IMG/VR virus record: IMGVR_UViG_3300025732_000034
Direction: 5' to 3' (one strand)
DNA length: 64,000 nucleotides
From: an uncultured virus (IMG/VR IMGVR_UViG_3300025732_000034)
Lineage: Duplodnaviria; Heunggongvirae; Uroviricota; Caudoviricetes
In this document: piece after piece, positions 1 through 4,332 of the stretch
Numbering within the stretch: position 1 is the first letter of the stretch
How the letters are laid out: each line of letters opens with the position of its first letter
Notes under the pieces: generated by a model
The model's input: only the letters and a program-made list of their open reading frames with translations
Database searches by the model: none
What the model was told of the DNA's origin: nothing
Program-made: the position numbers and the translations under genes

Positions 1-29
1 AAAAAAAAAAAAAAAAAAAAAAATAAAAA
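1..29. repeat. Poly-A run at window start
   Basis: A23 then TAAAAAT. Positionally equivalent to the A-rich run at 37,408-37,421. Confidence 0.8.
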
Positions 30-150
30 TGGTTCGCGGACCCTACGGCGCTGGACCTTTGGGCCGTCGGCCCTCCCCCGCCCCCTCGACCCAAATCGGC
101 CCTCCAAATCCGCGGCAACCTGGGCGCGGGGCGACCGCGGGCGCAGCGCG

Positions 151-569
151 ACCCAGCGGGCACGATGCACCCGGCGAACCCGAGGCGCAGCAAAACCCAG
201 CGGGTGCCCAGTGCCCGGGTCAATTGCCCCCGCGAATCCGCGACCCGCTGGGTTCACTGGGCCGGTTCATGGATTCGAGGGGGCACGGGCGCAGGGCGAC
301 CCACTGGGCCATGAAAAGCGAGGGAAAGGTTGACCCAGCGGGTTAAAAAGGGCCGGTGTGACAAAGTGCCCTTTCGCGCAGGCGACCCCCTTGATAGAGT
401 ACTTTTCGAAAAGCACTTATTTTTCAGAATCTCGAGAATCTACCCCCTGAGATAAAAGGGCGCATTGTCGCCACTTGATCCGCATGCAACCCAGCGGGGC
501 GGGAAACCTAATAACCCCGCGACCCAGTGGGTTATTATTGAAGGGTTTGACAATTTGAACCCACTGGGT
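151..569. promoter_or_regulatory. Cluster of 8 quasi-palindromes ACCCA(G/C)(C/T)GGGN (putative operators)
   Basis: Copies at 151, 195, 243 (reverse orientation), 299, 333, 489, 522 and 559. Confidence 0.7.
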
Positions 570-576
570 TGATAAT
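547..576 (+). promoter_or_regulatory. Early sigma70-type promoter
   Basis: TTGACA (547-552), 18 nt spacer, GATAAT (571-576), upstream of the first early gene. ACCCACTGGGT lies in the spacer. Confidence 0.75.
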
Positions 577-634
577 GGCGCATCGGCACACAAAACCGAT
601 GCACTGTAACCCGTAACCCCGAAAGGATGTAACC

Positions 635-781
635 ATGAACCGCCACCGTTTAACCTACGTCGATTTACACCCCGAGGCCCTGGGCCGTGAAAAGGCCCCG
701 CACCCTCTCGCCTTGATTGCGGGCGCGATTGTCGCGGCCCTCGCCTTTTATCTCGCAACCGTTTTTCTTTTCTCACTGTAA
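635..781 (+). CDS. Small early membrane protein, 48 aa (MNRHRLTY...VFLFSL)
   Basis: Translated by hand. Follows the start repeat, has a C-terminal hydrophobic helix, and has a homologue at 38,160-38,294. Confidence 0.75.
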   Translation: MNRHRLTYVDLHPEALGREKAPHPLALIAGAIVAALAFYLATVFLFSL

Positions 782-807
782 CCCGTAACCCCCGAAAGGA
801 TGTAACC

Positions 808-1104
808 ATGAAAACCGAAACCCTCGTTTTATCCGCAACCGTTGACCGCCTCGCAACCTTGAAGGCCGAAATTGCCCGATTGAAGGCCGAAGAGGATGCA
901 CTGAAGGATGTATTGATTGAAGCGGGCCTTGAAGTGATTGAAGGCACCCAGCACCGGGCCGCAATCTCGCATTGTGCGGGCCGTGAATTGATCGACTGGA
1001 AAACGATTGCAGCGAAATTCTCGCCCTCTCGGCAATTGATCGCAGCGCATACGTCGCAGGGTGAACCCTATGCAACCGTGCGCCTCTCGGCCCGTAAAGC
1101 GTAA
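808..1104 (+). CDS. Early hypothetical protein with N-terminal coiled coil
   Basis: 98-aa ORF directly after the start repeat. Confidence 0.8.
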   Translation: MKTETLVLSATVDRLATLKAEIARLKAEEDALKDVLIEAGLEVIEGTQHRAAISHCAGRELIDWKTIAAKFSPSRQLIAAHTSQGEPYATVRLSARKA

Positions 1105-1130
1105 CCCGTAACCCTTGAAAGGATGTAACC

Positions 1131-1379
1131 ATGAATGCAACCGAAACCCGCACCCTTTGGGCAATTGCCCGCGATATCCGCGCCCACTGGGTGAAACCTT
1201 ATTTTGGGGCCGTGCCCTATCTTGAGGCCCTTGATTCACTTTCGCATATTGAGGATTCGTACGGATTTGACGATGCCGAGAGCATTGTGCGTTATTTTCT
1301 CGCCAATGCGGGCACGTGGCGGGGCGAGGATGCCCGCCGAATCAAGGCCGAATTAAAAACCATGCTGGGGGATAAATAA
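1131..1379 (+). CDS. Early hypothetical protein
   Basis: 82-aa ORF after the start repeat. Its stop overlaps the next start (TAATG). Confidence 0.8.
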   Translation: MNATETRTLWAIARDIRAHWVKPYFGAVPYLEALDSLSHIEDSYGFDDAESIVRYFLANAGTWRGEDARRIKAELKTMLGDK

Positions 1380-2056
1380 TGCGATATCACTTTATCCGCG
1401 AATCTAGCAACCGTAAAACCGGCCCAATACCCGTTACTTATTCGCAGCGCGAAACGTGCCCGCCTTCATGCCCGCACTATCGGGCCGATTGCTACGCCGA
1501 GGATTTTTACACCCGTATGGCATGGGACAAGGTACCCGTGAGAGGGGGCACCCTCGGCGCATTGTGCGAGGCCGTCGCAGGGTTGCCCGAGGGGCAATTA
1601 TGGCGCATGAACGTCGCGGGGGATTTACCGGGCGAGGGTGAAACGGTTGACCCCGTCGCCCTGGGCGAGATTGTGCGGGCGAATATCGGGCGCAGGGGGT
1701 TCACGTACACCCATAAGAAAAGCCCCGAGGCCGTGCACTGGGCGCAGCATGCGACCCGCTGGGGGTTTACCGTAAACCTTTCGGCCGATGATGCGGGCGA
1801 GGCCGATACCCTGGCCGAAACCGGGTTACCGGTTTGCGCCATTGTGCCCAGTGATACCCCCGAGAAAACCGAAACCCCCGCGGGCCGCACAATCATTGTC
1901 TGCCCCGCACAATCTCGCGAGGATATCGATTGCGCGACGTGCGGCCTATGCGCCCGTGCCGATAGGCGCGTGATTATCGGATTCCGGGCGCACGGCACCC
2001 GTGCCCGCGTTACCGATGCAAAGGCCCGTCGCGTTATTCCAATTTTGAAAGGATGA
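1379..2056 (+). CDS. Cys-rich early protein, GP88/radical-SAM-like (tentative)
   Basis: Motifs CPPSCPHYRADCYA, WRMNVAGD, FTYTH, VNLSAD and a C-terminal CPAQ-x5-CxxCxxC. Confidence 0.6.
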   Translation: MRYHFIRESSNRKTGPIPVTYSQRETCPPSCPHYRADCYAEDFYTRMAWDKVPVRGGTLGALCEAVAGLPEGQLWRMNVAGDLPGEGETVDPVALGEIVRANIGRRGFTYTHKKSPEAVHWAQHATRWGFTVNLSADDAGEADTLAETGLPVCAIVPSDTPEKTETPAGRTIIVCPAQSREDIDCATCGLCARADRRVIIGFRAHGTRARVTDAKARRVIPILKG

Positions 2057-2060
2057 AACC

Positions 2061-2252
2061 ATGCCCCTCGATTTAATGACGTTACCGGCCCATGAGGCCG
2101 AGGCCCTCGCCTATGCCGAGGGATTCGCGGGCACGGCCCGCCTTTTCGCACGGATTGCGGATTTACAAAAGGCCCTCGGCGAGGCCGTCGCCGAGAATGA
2201 GATTCTGCGCGAATCCCTGCGCGACCTTGAAAGGGAAAGGTTGCGCGAATGA
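2061..2252 (+). CDS. Early coiled-coil protein
   Basis: Follows a partial start repeat. The LAYAEGF motif is shared with 39,286-39,597. Confidence 0.75.
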   Translation: MPLDLMTLPAHEAEALAYAEGFAGTARLFARIADLQKALGEAVAENEILRESLRDLERERLRE

Positions 2253-2323
2253 TAACGGCCCTTTTAATTGCGGCCCTCGGGGCCGTTTTATTGCCCTTAA
2301 TTGCCTGGATTCTCGATTTATAA
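2249..2323 (+). CDS. 24-aa hydrophobic peptide MITALLIAALGAVLLPLIAWILDL
   Basis: ATGA overlap with the upstream gene. Conserved homologue at 39,594-39,668. Confidence 0.7.
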   Translation: MITALLIAALGAVLLPLIAWILDL

Positions 2324-2328
2324 ACCCT

Positions 2329-2355
2329 GCCCCCGGTAACCCCGGGGGCCTTTTT
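2329..2355 (+). terminator. Intrinsic terminator
   Basis: GCCCCCGG-TAACC-CCGGGGGC stem followed by CTTTTT. Confidence 0.75.
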
Positions 2356-2376
2356 AACCCTTGAAAGGATGTAACC

Positions 2377-2685
2377 ATGAAACCCAGTAAACCCGCCGAG
2401 GCGGGCCTTTTTGCGGCCCGTATCCGCGAAACCGTCGCCCGCCTCGCCCTCGATGAACCCCGCGCAGCGGATTATCTCGGGGTGCCGGTGTACACCCTGC
2501 GAAAGTGGGCGACGGGCGAGCGGGTGCCCTCGGCCTCGGCCATTCGCTTGCTCGATGTCCTGGGCACCATTGAAGCCCTTGCGCCTGCGCTTCACGCAGC
2601 ATTTTTGCCCGCAGAATCGAGTCATGTCCGAAAATCCAGATCGAAAAGGTCAACCGATTCGGTCATGTCAGAAAATCCACTTTGA
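2377..2685 (+). CDS. XRE-type helix-turn-helix regulator
   Basis: AADYLGVPVYTLRKWATGERVP HTH signature. Homologue at 39,743-40,042. Confidence 0.8.
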   Translation: MKPSKPAEAGLFAARIRETVARLALDEPRAADYLGVPVYTLRKWATGERVPSASAIRLLDVLGTIEALAPALHAAFLPAESSHVRKSRSKRSTDSVMSENPL

Positions 2686-2702
2686 AGGAGTCAACCATCA
2701 TG
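2621..2702 (+). repeat. 41-bp-period tandem duplication (GTCATGTC(C/A)GAAAATCCA...GTCAACC)
   Basis: Units start at 2621 and 2662. Almost identical copy at 39,978 and 40,019. Confidence 0.8.
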
Positions 2703-2951
2703 AACAGAGAAGATATTATCCGCATGGCAGACGAGGCGGGTATTACGCCATGGGAAAAACTTGAATACATCGGTGACAAAAAATTCTCATCAACAGATGA
2801 GGGGCTTGACGGCGATCTTACTTGCCTGATTCAATTTGCCACCCTTGTCGCCGCCGCTGAATGTGAGGCGTGTGCGAAATTGTGTTTGGAAACTGAGCCG
2901 TTTTACGGGGTGATGTTTGCCGAAGCCATCCGAGCAAGGGGACAAGCATGA
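2700..2951 (+). CDS. Hypothetical protein (MNREDIIRMA...AEAIRARG type), copy 1 only
   Basis: GAAGGAG RBS, ATG at 2700. Absent from copy 2. Confidence 0.75.
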   Translation: MNREDIIRMADEAGITPWEKLEYIGDKKFSSTDEGLDGDLTCLIQFATLVAAAECEACAKLCLETEPFYGVMFAEAIRARGQA

Positions 2952-3172
2952 ACGCCAATGACCACTACGAACGCCTCTATGGCGACCTGGGGCTGCACCC
3001 CAAGGACGCGGCCCGCTGGGTCTTCGCCTCGGGCTGGAACGCTGCCCTCGAGGAGTTTATGAAGCGCGTGAAAGAGATGCCCCTGGAGAGGGACACCCGC
3101 GCTGGGTTCCTGGTTTACCTGGGTCAGATGATGCACGTCGACCCGTCCGAGATCGAAGGGAGAATGCAATGA
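2948..3172 (+). CDS. Conserved hypothetical protein (left anchor of the cassette array)
   Basis: 74 aa. Close homologue at 40,057-40,281. Confidence 0.8.
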   Translation: MNANDHYERLYGDLGLHPKDAARWVFASGWNAALEEFMKRVKEMPLERDTRAGFLVYLGQMMHVDPSEIEGRMQ

Positions 3173-3606
3173 CCATAGAAGCAATGAAACAGGCGCTGGA
3201 GGCGTTGGAGTGCATTTTTGCATCGACACATCCGTATCGTGGAGATGAATCAACCTTCACGGATGAGGCATCAGTACTTGGCGACAAAGCCATCACATCC
3301 CTACGCCAAGCCATAGAGCAGGCTGAGAAGCTGGAGCCTGTGGCGTGGTGTGTTACATACAACGGTGAATTAACTGGAAACGTTTTCGAGAACAAGCGTA
3401 TCGCTGATTTATGCAAGCGAAATCTTGAAGCGAAATATGGGTCGGAAGAAGATCGAAAAGTGGTGGCAATCTACGCCGCCCCACAACCACAGCATGAATG
3501 GGTTGGGCTGACGGATGAGGAAGTGGATTACATCGCCGATGAATACTCCACTTTGCAAGGCGCAATCCGCGCCATTGAAGCCAAATTAAGGAGCAAGAAC
3601 ACATGA
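3169..3606 (+). CDS. Modular cassette protein (MKQALEALE / LRQAIEQAEK / WVGLTDEE / AKL..KNT)
   Basis: Carries all four shared repeats, with ATGA overlaps at both ends. Confidence 0.8.
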   Translation: MTIEAMKQALEALECIFASTHPYRGDESTFTDEASVLGDKAITSLRQAIEQAEKLEPVAWCVTYNGELTGNVFENKRIADLCKRNLEAKYGSEEDRKVVAIYAAPQPQHEWVGLTDEEVDYIADEYSTLQGAIRAIEAKLRSKNT

Positions 3607-3713
3607 GCGACTGGACTACTCTTGAGCGAATAGCTTTTGTCCTTTTTGCTTTTGGGCTTGGCTTTATTTTTGGTTTTGCTTTTTGTTTACACGGATTGGG
3701 AGGTGACAAATGA
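3603..3713 (+). CDS. 36-aa membrane peptide (MSDWTTLERIAFVLFAFGLGFIFGFAFCLHGLGGDK)
   Basis: Translated by hand. ATGA overlaps on both sides and an internal GGAGG RBS for the next gene. Confidence 0.7.
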   Translation: MSDWTTLERIAFVLFAFGLGFIFGFAFCLHGLGGDK

Positions 3714-4186
3714 CTGAACAATCCTTAGCACTGCAACTGGCTGATTCGGCTGATGCCTGTCAACTCACTGTACACGATTGCTTTTTAGTTGCCAAAGAAT
3801 TACGCCGCCTGCATGACCTGCTAGGTAAAGCAAATGCGCTGGCGCGTATTCGTGCTAATAAAATTGACGAATTAGAACAACAAATAACTAAGACCGAGGC
3901 GCAACTTGGGGAATCAGTATGGAACTATGGCGAACTTAAAAGGGAGCAATTGGCGAACCAACAAAAAACTTCTGGTTCGCCAGTGGTTTCAGAGCTGCAT
4001 TGCATTTGCGGAGCAGAGTGGGAATGGCACAACCATGATTGGGAACTTGTCACCACCCCACAACCACAGCGTGAATGGGTTGGGCTGACGGAAGATGAAG
4101 TCATCGAATGCACGCCGACTTGGGGAGGTACTGTTGAAGATGTTGCCCGACTCATCGAAGCCAAACTCAAGGAGAAGAACACATGA
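3710..4186 (+). CDS. Modular cassette protein with C-terminal WVGLT...KLKEKNT module
   Basis: 158-aa ORF with shared C-terminal repeats. Confidence 0.8.
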   Translation: MTEQSLALQLADSADACQLTVHDCFLVAKELRRLHDLLGKANALARIRANKIDELEQQITKTEAQLGESVWNYGELKREQLANQQKTSGSPVVSELHCICGAEWEWHNHDWELVTTPQPQREWVGLTEDEVIECTPTWGGTVEDVARLIEAKLKEKNT

Positions 4187-4332
4187 GCAAAGACGAACTG
4201 CTGGCGATCCTGCGCCTGTGTAACGCTGACTCGTCAGCCATCGATGCTGTTGAGTTGGCCTACGAGTTGGGTTTCAAAGCGGGTCAAGCGGAAAAATCCG
4301 ATGACCCTCAGTCCATCGACTCAGGGTCGTAA
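4183..4332 (+). CDS. 49-aa conserved protein (right anchor of the cassette array)
   Basis: MSKDELLAILRLCNADSS... Near-identical ORF at 42,094-42,243. Confidence 0.7.
   Translation: MSKDELLAILRLCNADSSAIDAVELAYELGFKAGQAEKSDDPQSIDSGS

Larger units (their letters stand above)
602..2379 (+). repeat. Start-associated direct repeat (CTG)TAACCCGTAACCC..GAAAGGATGTAACCATG, 5 copies
   Basis: At 602-637, 774-810, 1101-1133, 2045-2063 (partial) and 2355-2379. Each ends in the ATG of an early gene. Confidence 0.9.

Noticed and set aside
1..23. Poly-A as an mRNA tail or retro-element signature
   Set aside because: It aligns with a shorter A-tract at 37,408-37,421 and lies at the sequence edge, so a homopolymer or contig-end artefact is more likely.
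29..346. ORFs 29-346 and 37,209-37,703 in the end regions
   Set aside because: Low-complexity translations across operator arrays, no RBS, and not conserved as protein between copies beyond the shared DNA element.
605..620. TAACCC units as telomeric repeats
   Set aside because: Only two units per site, separated by G, and always part of a translation-start block.
602..1133. Early direct repeats or R1-R4 repeats as a CRISPR array
   Set aside because: The intervening sequences are 40-650 bp coding segments of irregular length, and the repeats contain RBS/start codons or are in-frame coding sequence.
1507..2625. Long antisense/shadow ORFs (e.g. 1507-2625, 16,339-17,589, 21,654-22,865, 24,704-25,969, 32,290-33,699, 53,509-54,819)
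   Set aside because: They overlap well-supported genes on the opposite strand, lack recognisable motifs, and are expected in GC-rich coding DNA.
3169..4186. Diversity-generating retroelement, shufflon or true integron
   Set aside because: No reverse transcriptase, invertase or tyrosine integrase was recognised. There is no adenine-specific TR/VR pair, and the repeats are direct and not attC-like.
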